Positions 38,851 to 48,799 of a stretch of DNA of 64,000 nucleotides are shown here, piece by piece. The position numbers and the translations under genes were made by a program. Each line of letters opens with the position of its first letter. Within the stretch, counting starts at the first letter, position 1. The stretch spans positions 2,141 through 66,140 of the forward strand of contig MEXB01000008.1 in assembly GCA_001773575.1 (NCBI GenBank), read 5' to 3'. The notes below the pieces were generated by a model. It did not search any database and was not told the DNA's origin. It saw only the letters and a program-made list of their open reading frames with translations. The DNA is from Candidatus Adlerbacteria bacterium RIFOXYC1_FULL_48_26. Lineage in GTDB: Bacteria; Patescibacteriota; Minisyncoccia; Phycocordibacterales; SBAW01.

Positions 38851-39390
38851 ATGCAAGATGTGGATACTGAAACAATAGTGTTTGGCGGCGGATGCTTTTG
38901 GTGCACAGAGGCAGTCTTCAAAATGCTCAAAGGTGTTCAGTCTGTGGAGCCTGGCTATGCAGGTGGCAAAGTTGCTAACCCAACGTACGAACAAGTCTCT
39001 GGCGGCAACACTGGGCACATTGAAGTTATCAAAGTTGTATACAACCCAGACGAGATTGCATTTGAAGAATTACTCCGCGTATTCTTTTCGACACACGACG
39101 CGACGACGGTAGATAGGCAGGGGAATGACGTTGGTCCTCAGTACAACTCAGCTATTTTCTACACAACCCCACGCCAGCAGGAGAAAGGGCAGCACTACAT
39201 AGACGTCATCAATAAGGCGGGGCACGTCCAACCTATAGTTACTCAAGTGAGACCTCTTGAGGCTTTTTACCCAGCAGAGGATTATCATAAAAACTATTAC
39301 GAACGAAATAAATCGGCCGGGTACTGCCAGTTGGTTATTGAACCTAAGATTGATAAAGTAGAAAAGAAGTTTAAAGATTTATTGAAATGA
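38851..39390 (+). CDS. msrA: peptide-methionine (S)-S-oxide reductase
   Basis: GGGCFWC, GYAGG, RQGND.G.QY, AEDYH. Confidence 0.95.
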   Translation: MQDVDTETIVFGGGCFWCTEAVFKMLKGVQSVEPGYAGGKVANPTYEQVSGGNTGHIEVIKVVYNPDEIAFEELLRVFFSTHDATTVDRQGNDVGPQYNSAIFYTTPRQQEKGQHYIDVINKAGHVQPIVTQVRPLEAFYPAEDYHKNYYERNKSAGYCQLVIEPKIDKVEKKFKDLLK

Positions 39391-39950
39391 AACCCACAAA
39401 AACAAAATCTAGAATCTACCTAGCCATAGCCTCAGCCGTTGTCCTTCTCTGGGCAGGGTCTCTTGTGTTTGGATTGATATTCGCCTTCTCTTATAAGTCG
39501 GATTCTCTGAACTTCAAGTCAGAAGAGATTGGGTTAGAATTTTCATATCCAAAAATCTACACGCTCACTGAGCGCCACGACTCCTATGCGGGTGCAGAAA
39601 TCCATGTATTAACACTGATTAATGCGTCGACTACTGTCCCTGACATGAGCGAAGGGCCGACAGCAATTTCTATTATTGAAATTCCAGTCGTAGATGACAT
39701 TGATGTAGAACAGTGGCTCCGCAACGCAACGATCTCTAACTTCAATCTCTCTCCTGACAAAACCTTCACTCCAAAAATTATAGATAGGGAAGACGGTTTA
39801 GCGTATCGTTACAGCGGATTATATGAGTCAGACGCTGTCGCTGTAGAACATGATGGAAAGATATTCTTGTTTGCTGTGTCGTGGATGGATCAAAACGACC
39901 CAATGCGTCATGATTTCCAGGAGCTTCTGGACAGTGTAGAATTTAAATAA
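39387..39950 (+). CDS. membrane-anchored hypothetical protein (PsbP-like)
   Basis: One TM, then F.YP motif. Confidence 0.5.
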   Translation: MKPTKTKSRIYLAIASAVVLLWAGSLVFGLIFAFSYKSDSLNFKSEEIGLEFSYPKIYTLTERHDSYAGAEIHVLTLINASTTVPDMSEGPTAISIIEIPVVDDIDVEQWLRNATISNFNLSPDKTFTPKIIDREDGLAYRYSGLYESDAVAVEHDGKIFLFAVSWMDQNDPMRHDFQELLDSVEFK

Positions 39951-40363
39951 TGAAACTCACACCGTATTGGCTTATAGCCGCATCGTTTATTGGTATTGGT
40001 GACACGCTCTACCTTGCGTACTACCACTTCCTTGGAATTGTCCCAACCTGCGCAATTGGTGGTTGTGAAATTGTGCTTAACAGTCAGTACGCTTCAGTGC
40101 TAGGAATACCGCTTTCATACCTGGGCCTTGTCTACTATGTGTATTTCCTCGCTCTTGCGATATTGCTGGCTATAGACCCAGAGTCAAAAGGCCTTCGTTT
40201 TGGAATGCTTGCCTATGCTGCGATAGGTGTACTTTTCTCAATCGGTTTTGAACTCCTCCAGTTCTTTGTGATCGGCGCACTCTGCCTGTACTGCGGTATC
40301 TCAGCTGCCACAGCACTTCTGTTGTTTGGCCTTGCCGTGTGGCACTGGAAGATAACAAAATAG
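39950..40363 (+). CDS. vitamin K epoxide reductase family protein
   Basis: C....C..VL.S.Y loop, CLYC active site. Confidence 0.9.
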   Translation: MKLTPYWLIAASFIGIGDTLYLAYYHFLGIVPTCAIGGCEIVLNSQYASVLGIPLSYLGLVYYVYFLALAILLAIDPESKGLRFGMLAYAAIGVLFSIGFELLQFFVIGALCLYCGISAATALLLFGLAVWHWKITK

Positions 40364-41155
40364 TTAGTAGCCTCGGCGATATTTACGCCACAGTCTCCAT
40401 AGAGTGTAGAGAAACCCTATTGCAAGAATAGGGTAGAAGACCCCAACGTTTGTGACTATATAGAGAAGTATTGTTACTACATAGAGCGCAACGGTTGCGA
40501 GTATTCTCCACGCTGTTTGCATAAGAGAACCTTTCTCCTCCTCCGTAGCGCCTATGCTTGCAGCCGCTTTGGATGATGTTGCTACCTGTGACTTTGACCA
40601 GTTGAGTGCGGTGTTTAGTTTTTCAGCAACAAATGTACGGCCAGAATCAATTACCTCTAATACAGGAGATGAGTATTCAGCAATTGCTGGAGAGACACTC
40701 TGAATTGATTCTTGTATGGGGGTTGATGGTTGCACATCGCCTATTTGAGCGTTTGAAACTCCAAAAGGGTTTGCCGATGAAGCCGCTGTTGCTGATGGTG
40801 CCGCTGCGATGATAAATGCTTCTTTGTCTTCTTCTATTGATTTGCCATTTGCATCTTGTAAATCAGCAACAATAGTGTGCGAACCCGCTGTCGGTTTCCA
40901 CGAGACAGATGCAGTGTCAGCTCCTCCGGCTTTCAGTGATACTGGTACGCTACCAATTTCAGATGCACCATCTTTTATAACAAGTGTTCCGTTAAAGGTC
41001 GTGGTTGCAGGGTTAGAAACTGATGCGTAAATCGTTACGGTCTGACCTTCCACTGGCGCGGAGGTTGAAAGAAAAATACTCTGCTTCGCAAACCCTACAG
41101 CCGATACAGACAAGGGGAGAGCAAAGAGTATTGCAGCAAATAACATTCGCTTCAT
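40364..41155 (-). CDS. secreted/membrane protein with CARDB/Ig-like domain
   Basis: Signal peptide, beta-rich domain W....G.H.I, C-terminal TMs; start near MPMKR. Confidence 0.6.
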   Translation of the reverse strand: MKRMLFAAILFALPLSVSAVGFAKQSIFLSTSAPVEGQTVTIYASVSNPATTTFNGTLVIKDGASEIGSVPVSLKAGGADTASVSWKPTAGSHTIVADLQDANGKSIEEDKEAFIIAAAPSATAASSANPFGVSNAQIGDVQPSTPIQESIQSVSPAIAEYSSPVLEVIDSGRTFVAEKLNTALNWSKSQVATSSKAAASIGATEEEKGSLMQTAWRILATVALYVVTILLYIVTNVGVFYPILAIGFLYTLWRLWRKYRRGY

Positions 41156-41199
41156 TGGTAAAAGTATAGCAAGGAAAAACCATGTGTTAAAATTTATGC

Positions 41200-41646
41200 A
41201 TGTCTGTTCATACGCATCTCCACCGACATTTTTTGCCGTCGCATCATAACGCCTATCGTCCACATATTTTGCGCAAAGGATGGCTACTCTTTTTTGTCGC
41301 GGTGATTATGGCAAGCGAGGGCCTGTTTGTATCAGGGCTGTATGTCCAGCAAGCAGCTCCTTCTGTGGCTGTAATTCAAGATTCACAGACTGCCTCAGTT
41401 GGTAGCGCGGCTTCGTCATTCTTAAACAGTTTTGGTAAAGACCTCGCTCGTATTGCCGTAGAGTCTGAGCCCTATATCCCATGGATTCTTGGAATGCTTG
41501 GGGCTATGCTAGTTATCGCGGTCATGTTTGCGTTCTTCGTCCATATACAGATACAGCAGTCCGAGATGTTGTTTAGCGGGGCGCTGGTTGCCATGTTTGC
41601 CTTTTCTTTGATGATTACTAACATTCATATTTTGGGTATACTGTAA
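41200..41646 (+). CDS. membrane protein
   Basis: HFLPSHHNAYRPHILR N-terminus, three TMs. Confidence 0.55.
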   Translation: MSVHTHLHRHFLPSHHNAYRPHILRKGWLLFFVAVIMASEGLFVSGLYVQQAAPSVAVIQDSQTASVGSAASSFLNSFGKDLARIAVESEPYIPWILGMLGAMLVIAVMFAFFVHIQIQQSEMLFSGALVAMFAFSLMITNIHILGIL

Positions 41647-41650
41647 GCAT

Positions 41651-42139
41651 ATGACTCGTAAACAATTAACGACTGGCATAGCGGTCACTACCTCGCTTGT
41701 CGTCGTCGCATTTTTCTTCGCATTACTTAATCCTTTAATGCTTGCGCGACAAGAAGCGCAGCAAACAGCAACAGCATCTATGTCAGATCAAAAACTCGTA
41801 GCCCAAGATGAAATGGTAGGTACTGGCGATGTCGCACAGGCCGGAGATTTCGTTAGTGTCCACTACACCGGCAAACTAGAAAACGGCGTAGTATTCGATT
41901 CTTCCACTGGAAGAGATCCTATCCAGTTCACTCTCGGTACAGGACGAGTTATCCAAGGATGGGACCAGGGTATCCAGGGTATGAAGGTTGGTGGTAAGCG
42001 TTTGCTTATCATCCCACCAATGCTTGCGTACGGTATGCAAGACTACGGCCCAATTCCAGGTGGCTCAACGCTTATCTTCGAAGTAACTCTTGTTGGGGTA
42101 CAGCAAACGCCTCCAACTGACGATTCGAGCGCGCAATAA
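41651..42139 (+). CDS. FKBP-type peptidyl-prolyl isomerase
   Basis: VHYTG, FDSS, VIQGWDQG, LAYG, LIFEV. Confidence 0.93.
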   Translation: MTRKQLTTGIAVTTSLVVVAFFFALLNPLMLARQEAQQTATASMSDQKLVAQDEMVGTGDVAQAGDFVSVHYTGKLENGVVFDSSTGRDPIQFTLGTGRVIQGWDQGIQGMKVGGKRLLIIPPMLAYGMQDYGPIPGGSTLIFEVTLVGVQQTPPTDDSSAQ

Positions 42140-43353
42140 TGCGACCGGTACACCTCACTATTGAAGCGAAGCACTCGTCCGCAAGGGCGGGTGTTTTGCA
42201 TACACCCCATGGTGATATTTTGACGCCTGCCTTTGTCCCGGTTGCTACCAAGGCAGACATAAAGGGAATAGAGTCAGCAAAATTCCCCGCACTCGGCGTT
42301 CAAACACTTATTGCAAATACGTACCATCTGTATCTTTCAGGACTAGAAGCGGTAGAGAAAGGTGGCGGCGTTGCCAAGTTTATGAATTGGAATGGTCCCA
42401 CGATGACGGACTCTGGCGGCTTCCAAGTCTTCTCATTAGGTAGCGGGTTCGGCAAAAAAGTTTCAAAATTTTCTGGCGAAGTTTCCCCTGAAGAAGCAGT
42501 TAGTGTTTTTGATGAGGATTTAGCGACTGCTCACGGTAAATTAGCCATCATAGATGACGAAGGGGTTTCGTTTACGTCGCACCTCGACGGCTCGCTCCAT
42601 CGTTTTACTCCAGAGCGCTCAGTGGAAATTCAACACCGCCTTGGTGCAGATATTTTCTTTGCGTTTGACCAGTGCACTGCGCCAACAGACACGTACGAAT
42701 TTCAAAAAGATGCGATGGAGAGAACTCACGCATGGGCAAAGCGTTCTTTGAGTGCACACCGACAAAACTTTGATGCCAACACAAAGCAGGGTATTTACGG
42801 TATAGGGCAGGGCGGGCAATTTGATGACCTTCGCCGCGAAAGCGCACGCACTATTGGCGACATGGGCTTTGATGGCTTCGGCCTTGGTGGTTCATTCAGT
42901 CGCAAATACGGCGACCATTCTCTGCAGTCCGCACTTGCGATGCTTACAGAGCTGCCAGAGGGTATGCCAGTGCATGGTTTGGGAGTAGGAGAGCCTGAAG
43001 ATATTTTGCTTGGCGCTGAACACGGCGTTGATACGTTTGACTGCGTTACTCCAACTCGTAATGGCCGTAATGGTGGTTTGTATACAAAGAAAGGAAAGAT
43101 TCAAATTCCGAATGCTGAGCATCAATATGATTACTCTCCAATAGATGAGGGTTGTGAATGCCCAACGTGCCAAAACCATACTCGTGCATATGTGCACCAT
43201 CTCTTCCGCACTCGTGAAATTCTTGGACCCATTCTCGCTAGCATGCACAATGTCTATTTCCTCACGAAACTTTGTAGTGATATCCGTGAATCAATTTTGA
43301 ACGGTCAATTTGAGCAATTTAAGGAGGGCTTTTTAAATAAGTATCAAGGTTAA
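42139..43353 (+). CDS. tgt: tRNA-guanine transglycosylase
   Basis: TPAFVPV, NTYHL, DSGGFQ, FDCV.P, CECPTC. Confidence 0.93.
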   Translation: MRPVHLTIEAKHSSARAGVLHTPHGDILTPAFVPVATKADIKGIESAKFPALGVQTLIANTYHLYLSGLEAVEKGGGVAKFMNWNGPTMTDSGGFQVFSLGSGFGKKVSKFSGEVSPEEAVSVFDEDLATAHGKLAIIDDEGVSFTSHLDGSLHRFTPERSVEIQHRLGADIFFAFDQCTAPTDTYEFQKDAMERTHAWAKRSLSAHRQNFDANTKQGIYGIGQGGQFDDLRRESARTIGDMGFDGFGLGGSFSRKYGDHSLQSALAMLTELPEGMPVHGLGVGEPEDILLGAEHGVDTFDCVTPTRNGRNGGLYTKKGKIQIPNAEHQYDYSPIDEGCECPTCQNHTRAYVHHLFRTREILGPILASMHNVYFLTKLCSDIRESILNGQFEQFKEGFLNKYQG

Positions 43354-43389
43354 ACCTTGCTGCTAGTCTAAAGGCGTCGCCTTTAGACT
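43345..43389. repeat. two tandem palindromes between tgt and uvrB
   Basis: caaggtt-a-aaccttg and agtctaaaggcg-t-cgcctttagact. Confidence 0.7.
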
Positions 43390-43435
43390 TTAGGTACCGG
43401 AATAAGAATAATTATGCTATACTGTCAAGTCCGTT

Positions 43436-45475
43436 ATGGCGAAGTTTTCCCTCAAATCTGAATATAAACCAGCCGGGGACCAACCTAAGGCTATTGAAGC
43501 GTTGGTCAAAGGCATTAAGGCTGGCACTCGCGACCAGACGCTTTTGGGCGTAACTGGATCAGGCAAGACATTTACTGCTGCCAATGTCATCCAACAGATT
43601 GGTAAACCAACGCTTGTTATCGCACACAATAAAACGCTTGCGGCACAGCTGGCACAAGAGTATCGAGAATTCTTTCCAGACAATGCCGTGCACTACTTTG
43701 TTTCCTACTACGACTACTACCAACCAGAAGCCTACGTTCCGCACTCTGATACATATATAGAGAAGGAAGCGCAGATTAACGAAGAGATTGACCGTCTCCG
43801 CCATGCGTCTACTCAGGCACTGCTTACGCGCGATGATGTGATTATTGTTGCGTCAGTTTCGTGTATTTACTCACTTGGTTCTCCAGAAGAGTATCGCAAG
43901 GTTCACTTGGAGCTTGCGCCGGGAATGCAAAAGAACCGTGCAGAACTTATTCGTGAACTTATTGCAATTTACTTTGAACGCACAACAGCAGATCTAAGCC
44001 CTGGTAAATTCCGCGCACTTGGAAACAGTGTTGAGATTATGCCAACGGGCGAGCGCGTACTCTACCGTGTTGAATTTGAAGGAGAAACTATCGTAAAAGT
44101 ACGTGTGATTGATGCAATTAGCCGTGCAGAGCGCGAATCTCTCGAATCACTCTTCCTCTTTCCTGCAAAACACTATGTTACTCCAAAGGATGAACGTGAC
44201 CGCGCCATTGCAGAAATTAAACTTGAACTTAAAGAGCGTCTCGCAGTACTCGAGCGCTCAGGCAAAGTACTTGAAGCGGAGCGTTTGAAGCGCCGCACCA
44301 ACCACGACATCGCACTTATCCGCGAGATTGGTGTATGCCCAGGTATTGAAAACTACTCACGTCACTTCGATGGCCGCAAACCTGGCGAGCCGCCATTTAC
44401 CTTGCTCGACTACTTCCCACATAAAAAAGACGGCACCCCAGATTTTCTTACTATTATTGATGAAAGCCACGTTACTGTCTCACAAATTGGCGGTATGTAC
44501 GCCGGAGACCGTGCCCGCAAAGAAAATCTTATTGAATTTGGTTTCCGTCTTCCGTCGGCAGTCGACAACCGCCCGCTTCAGTTCGAAGAATTTGAAGGGG
44601 ATATCGGCCAGCGAATTTATACATCAGCAACGCCGGGAGTATACGAGAAAGAAAAATCTGGAAAGAATGTAGTTGAGCAGATTATCCGCCCAACTGGCCT
44701 TATCGACCCTGAAATTATCGTCAGACCTGTCACTGGCATCGATAAAAAGAAAGGACAGGTGCAGGATTTCTTGGACGAAGCAGAAAAAGTTATTACACAT
44801 GGTGGTCGTGTGCTCGTTACAACGCTTACCAAGAAAATGGCTGAAGATCTTTCTGAGTATTTGAAAGACAGACAATTCAAAGCGGCCTACATCCACAGTG
44901 AAGTGCTGACGCTGGACCGCATTACTATTTTGACCGACTTCAGAAAAGGTCTGTATGACGTATTGGTGGGTGTGAACCTTCTCCGCGAAGGTCTCGACCT
45001 TCCAGAAGTAGAGCTGGTGGCAATCCTCGATGCCGACAAAGAAGGCTTCCTTCGTTCTGAAACCTCTCTTATTCAAACCATTGGCCGCGCAGCACGTAAC
45101 GTACATGGCCGCGTGATTATGTATGCCGACCAGATGACAGGCTCTCTCGAGAAAGCTATGAGCGAAACAAAACGCCGCCGCGAAATTCAGCTCGCATACA
45201 ATACAAAACACGGTATCACTCCCAAGACGGTGCTCAAGGCAATTAAAGACATCACTGAACAGCTTCGTACAGAGCATGGTAAGGCGGTAGGCGTTCTTCT
45301 CGACATCGACAGAGACTTGTACAAAAAGAATCCACGTCGCTTTATTGCAGATAAAAAGAAACAGATGGCAGATGCAGTGAAAGAGCTCGACTTCGAAACT
45401 GCAGCTATCATTCGTGATGAAATTGCGGTATTGATGGGGAAACAGCCGAAAGCAAAGTTGTCGAATAAAAAATAG
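43436..45475 (+). CDS. uvrB: excinuclease ABC subunit B
   Basis: GDQP, GVTGSGKT, YYDYYQPEAY, DESH, QTIGRAARN. Confidence 0.97.
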   Translation: MAKFSLKSEYKPAGDQPKAIEALVKGIKAGTRDQTLLGVTGSGKTFTAANVIQQIGKPTLVIAHNKTLAAQLAQEYREFFPDNAVHYFVSYYDYYQPEAYVPHSDTYIEKEAQINEEIDRLRHASTQALLTRDDVIIVASVSCIYSLGSPEEYRKVHLELAPGMQKNRAELIRELIAIYFERTTADLSPGKFRALGNSVEIMPTGERVLYRVEFEGETIVKVRVIDAISRAERESLESLFLFPAKHYVTPKDERDRAIAEIKLELKERLAVLERSGKVLEAERLKRRTNHDIALIREIGVCPGIENYSRHFDGRKPGEPPFTLLDYFPHKKDGTPDFLTIIDESHVTVSQIGGMYAGDRARKENLIEFGFRLPSAVDNRPLQFEEFEGDIGQRIYTSATPGVYEKEKSGKNVVEQIIRPTGLIDPEIIVRPVTGIDKKKGQVQDFLDEAEKVITHGGRVLVTTLTKKMAEDLSEYLKDRQFKAAYIHSEVLTLDRITILTDFRKGLYDVLVGVNLLREGLDLPEVELVAILDADKEGFLRSETSLIQTIGRAARNVHGRVIMYADQMTGSLEKAMSETKRRREIQLAYNTKHGITPKTVLKAIKDITEQLRTEHGKAVGVLLDIDRDLYKKNPRRFIADKKKQMADAVKELDFETAAIIRDEIAVLMGKQPKAKLSNKK

Positions 45476-45477
45476 AT

Positions 45478-48147
45478 ATGGAAGATAAAATCACAATAAA
45501 GGGCGCAAAGACACACAACTTGAAGAATGTTTCGTTGAGTATTCCGCGAAACAAGATGGTTGTATTTACGGGCTTGTCTGGGTCGGGCAAGTCGTCTTTG
45601 GCATTCGATACAATCTTTGCTGAAGGCCAGCGCCGTTATATAGAATCTCTTTCTGCCTATGCGCGCCAATTCTTGCGACAGATGCAGAAGCCCGATGTTG
45701 AAGAAATCACAGGCCTCTCGCCAGCTATTTCTATTGACCAGAAGAGCCGCTCAAACAACCCACGCTCAACGGTTGCGACTATTACTGAAATTTATGACTA
45801 CCAGCGTATTTTGTTTGCCCGTGTCGGCAAACCACACTGCCTTACCTGCGGACGTGAAATCAAAAAACTTTCTAACGAAGAAATCATCCACAGCATTGTA
45901 GATAGTGTTACCAAAGCTACACCAAAGAAGACTCGCACCGTCATGGGTGTGAATATTAATGAAGATGTGGTTCGTATCTATGCGCCAGTAGTTGTCGGCC
46001 GAAAGGGCGAGTACTACCAGCTTCTGTACGATCTACTTGGTAAGGGCTACGAACGAGTCCTTGTTGATGGCGAGCTTAAGAGCCTTCGTGAACAAATCCT
46101 TCTCGCAAAACACAAAAAGCACGATATTTCTGTGCTTGTTGATGAAATTCTCGTTTCTGAATTTGCTCGCTCAAAAGCAGCGGCTCTTGAACGTCTTTCT
46201 GAAGCAGTAGAGCGCGCTCTTGAAGAGACCGATGGGTTGGTCCAAGTAGAAGAACCAGGACCTTCTAAAGAAGAGGGAACAAAGATGCGTATGATCTCGG
46301 CAAAATTTATGTGCCCATACGACGGCTTCTCTTTCCCAGAAATTGAACCTCGTCTTTTCTCTTTCAACTCACCATACGGTGCATGTCCTGCATGTAATGG
46401 TTTGGGAACAAAGCATTTCTTTAGCGATGAGAAGTGCCCTGTCTGCCACGGTATGCGTCTGCGCCCTGAGGCACTCAATGTATTTCTTTACAAAAACTCC
46501 GTTTCTTCACCTGCAGGTCGGAGAGGGGACGGTTCAGAAACGGAAGTTTTCGTTCCGAAAGATGCAAAAAACATCGTTCAGCTCACTGATATGTCTATTC
46601 AGGATGCGTACACCTTCTTTGAAGAACTAGAGCTGTCGAAAAAAGATCAGGAAATCTCCAAAACCATCATTAAAGAAATCACAGCGCGCCTAAAGTTTAT
46701 GTTGAACGTAGGCTTGGACTACCTAACGCTCGACCGCCGTGCCAACACACTCTCTGGCGGGGAAGCACAGCGTATTCGCCTCGCCTCACAGCTTGGTTCT
46801 GGCCTTGTGGGTGCGCTCTATGTGCTCGACGAGCCGACCATCGGTCTGCACCAGCGCGACAACGAACGTTTGATCAAAACTCTTGTTGACCTTCGTGACC
46901 TTGGAAACACCATCATTGTTGTTGAACACGACGAGGATACTATTTATGCCAGCGACTACTTGGTAGACATTGGCCCTGGTGCGGGTGTGCACGGCGGCAA
47001 TGTCGTTGTTGCGGGTGACTTGGAAAAACTTCTTACTGCGAAGAAAAACGAAAGCGGTTCACTGACTCTCGCATACCTGCGTGGAGAAAAGGCAATTGAA
47101 GTTCCAGAAGAACGTCGCGAAAAAGATAAGGGTTGGATCAAAATAAAGGGAGGTAAGGCATTTAACATCCACAACCTTTCTGCAGAACTTCCGCTTGGAA
47201 AACTCGTAACGGTTACAGGAGTTTCTGGCTCAGGTAAATCAACATTTCTCTACGAAATTTTGTACGAAAACCTTCGTGCACGTTTCGACAAGCGCTATCG
47301 CACAAACAAACTCTTCAATGTCGCAAGCTTTGAAGGTGCAGAGAATCTTTCTCGTGCAATTATGATCGACCAATCACCGATTGGCCGTACTCCACGTTCA
47401 AACCCTTCAACATACACAGGCGCATTCACATTTATTCGCGATATGTTTGCTTCAACCACTGAAGCTCGTGCTCGTGGATGGAAGGCAAACCGCTTCTCCT
47501 TTAACGTACAAACTGCAAAGGGAGGTGGACGCTGTGAGGCCTGCGAAGGTAACGGCACTATCGCCGTTGAAATGTCTTTCTTGCCGACGGTGTATGTAAC
47601 CTGCGATGTCTGCGATGGTAAGCGCTTTATGAAAGAGACGCTTGAGGTGAAATACAAAAAGAAGAGCATCTACGATGTGCTTGAAATGACAGTTGAAGAG
47701 GCGCTCGAATTCTTCAACGACATTCCTGCAATCTATGACCGCCTTAAAACTCTTGGCGAAGTAGGTTTGGGATATCTCCGCCTTGGACAATCAGCAACAA
47801 CACTTTCCGGTGGTGAAGCGCAGCGTGTAAAAATCTCTGCAGAACTGTATCGCCCTCACTTGCAGAAAACTATCTATCTTCTCGATGAACCGACAGTTGG
47901 TCTCCACTACGAAGACGTGCAAAAACTTATTGATATCTTGAACCGCCTTGTTCAAGCAGGGAACTCGGTTGTTCTTATTGAACACAATATGGATATCATC
48001 AAAAGCTCTGACTACTTGTTGGACTTTGGTCCTGAAGGTGGTGTTGGTGGCGGCAAACTTATTGCAAAGGGCACGCCAGAAGATGTGGCAAACAATAAAA
48101 ATTCTCACACAGGTAAATACCTTAAGAGGGTGTTGAAGGGCCGCTAG
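45478..48147 (+). CDS. uvrA: excinuclease ABC subunit A
   Basis: GLSGSGKSSLAFDT, LSGGE twice, Zn fingers. Confidence 0.97.
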   Translation: MEDKITIKGAKTHNLKNVSLSIPRNKMVVFTGLSGSGKSSLAFDTIFAEGQRRYIESLSAYARQFLRQMQKPDVEEITGLSPAISIDQKSRSNNPRSTVATITEIYDYQRILFARVGKPHCLTCGREIKKLSNEEIIHSIVDSVTKATPKKTRTVMGVNINEDVVRIYAPVVVGRKGEYYQLLYDLLGKGYERVLVDGELKSLREQILLAKHKKHDISVLVDEILVSEFARSKAAALERLSEAVERALEETDGLVQVEEPGPSKEEGTKMRMISAKFMCPYDGFSFPEIEPRLFSFNSPYGACPACNGLGTKHFFSDEKCPVCHGMRLRPEALNVFLYKNSVSSPAGRRGDGSETEVFVPKDAKNIVQLTDMSIQDAYTFFEELELSKKDQEISKTIIKEITARLKFMLNVGLDYLTLDRRANTLSGGEAQRIRLASQLGSGLVGALYVLDEPTIGLHQRDNERLIKTLVDLRDLGNTIIVVEHDEDTIYASDYLVDIGPGAGVHGGNVVVAGDLEKLLTAKKNESGSLTLAYLRGEKAIEVPEERREKDKGWIKIKGGKAFNIHNLSAELPLGKLVTVTGVSGSGKSTFLYEILYENLRARFDKRYRTNKLFNVASFEGAENLSRAIMIDQSPIGRTPRSNPSTYTGAFTFIRDMFASTTEARARGWKANRFSFNVQTAKGGGRCEACEGNGTIAVEMSFLPTVYVTCDVCDGKRFMKETLEVKYKKKSIYDVLEMTVEEALEFFNDIPAIYDRLKTLGEVGLGYLRLGQSATTLSGGEAQRVKISAELYRPHLQKTIYLLDEPTVGLHYEDVQKLIDILNRLVQAGNSVVLIEHNMDIIKSSDYLLDFGPEGGVGGGKLIAKGTPEDVANNKNSHTGKYLKRVLKGR

Positions 48148-48231
48148 GCCGGTTTGGAACGCATGGTATGCTTAGGCTTTAGAGCCTCTAGTACAGTGCT
48201 CAGCCCCATTTAAAACCCCTAGGAGGGTGTC

Positions 48232-48726
48232 TTGGATAAAGAAGAAATTCTCGCTATCTCGCGTTGGGCTTCTCAGCCCAGAGAAAACGTGTGGCGCAAT
48301 TGGCTTAAACTTTTGCGCGGCAAGCCGGGAGTGACAGAGCAACAATTGCTCGAGTTCAAACCGAATATTTCTTTGGTGTGTGAGCCGCTCTTCGGCCGTC
48401 GCGTCAAAGGAAGTCTTGGAATGGTAAGCGTCCGTCCATCGCTTACGCGCCGCGTCAAAATCTATCTGGAAGCTCTCGACATTGTTCGCGAGTTCAACCA
48501 ACTGGATGACCTTATGCGGCTCGGTGTCTTTCGGCGAGAAGTAACATCCATCGCTGGCCTGAAGGAAATCGACCAACCGTTCTACAGCTTGGTCGAGAGG
48601 GAATTTCATCGCCTGTCCGCGTGCCAGCTCAAGAAATTGGCGGAGCGGATGCCCCTTGGTTCTGCTATCCAACAAGCCCTATACAGGCTTGAGGAAAGCA
48701 AGACCCTCCTTTTGGCTGCAGAGTAG
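48232..48726 (+). CDS. orphan hypothetical protein inserted between uvrA and uvrC
   Basis: AGGAGG before TTG start, extended -10 TGgTATGCT, terminator aactccggt/accggagtt plus T-run. Confidence 0.6.
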   Translation: MDKEEILAISRWASQPRENVWRNWLKLLRGKPGVTEQQLLEFKPNISLVCEPLFGRRVKGSLGMVSVRPSLTRRVKIYLEALDIVREFNQLDDLMRLGVFRREVTSIAGLKEIDQPFYSLVEREFHRLSACQLKKLAERMPLGSAIQQALYRLEESKTLLLAAE

Positions 48727-48799
48727 TGAACTCCGGTCTCATACCGGAGTTTTTCTTTTTTTGTTTGTAATGCTAGCTCTCAGATGATAGCGTTTGAAT

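Noticed and set aside
48172-48675. 167-aa minus-strand ORF
   Set aside because: SD, promoter and terminator all support the plus-strand ORF
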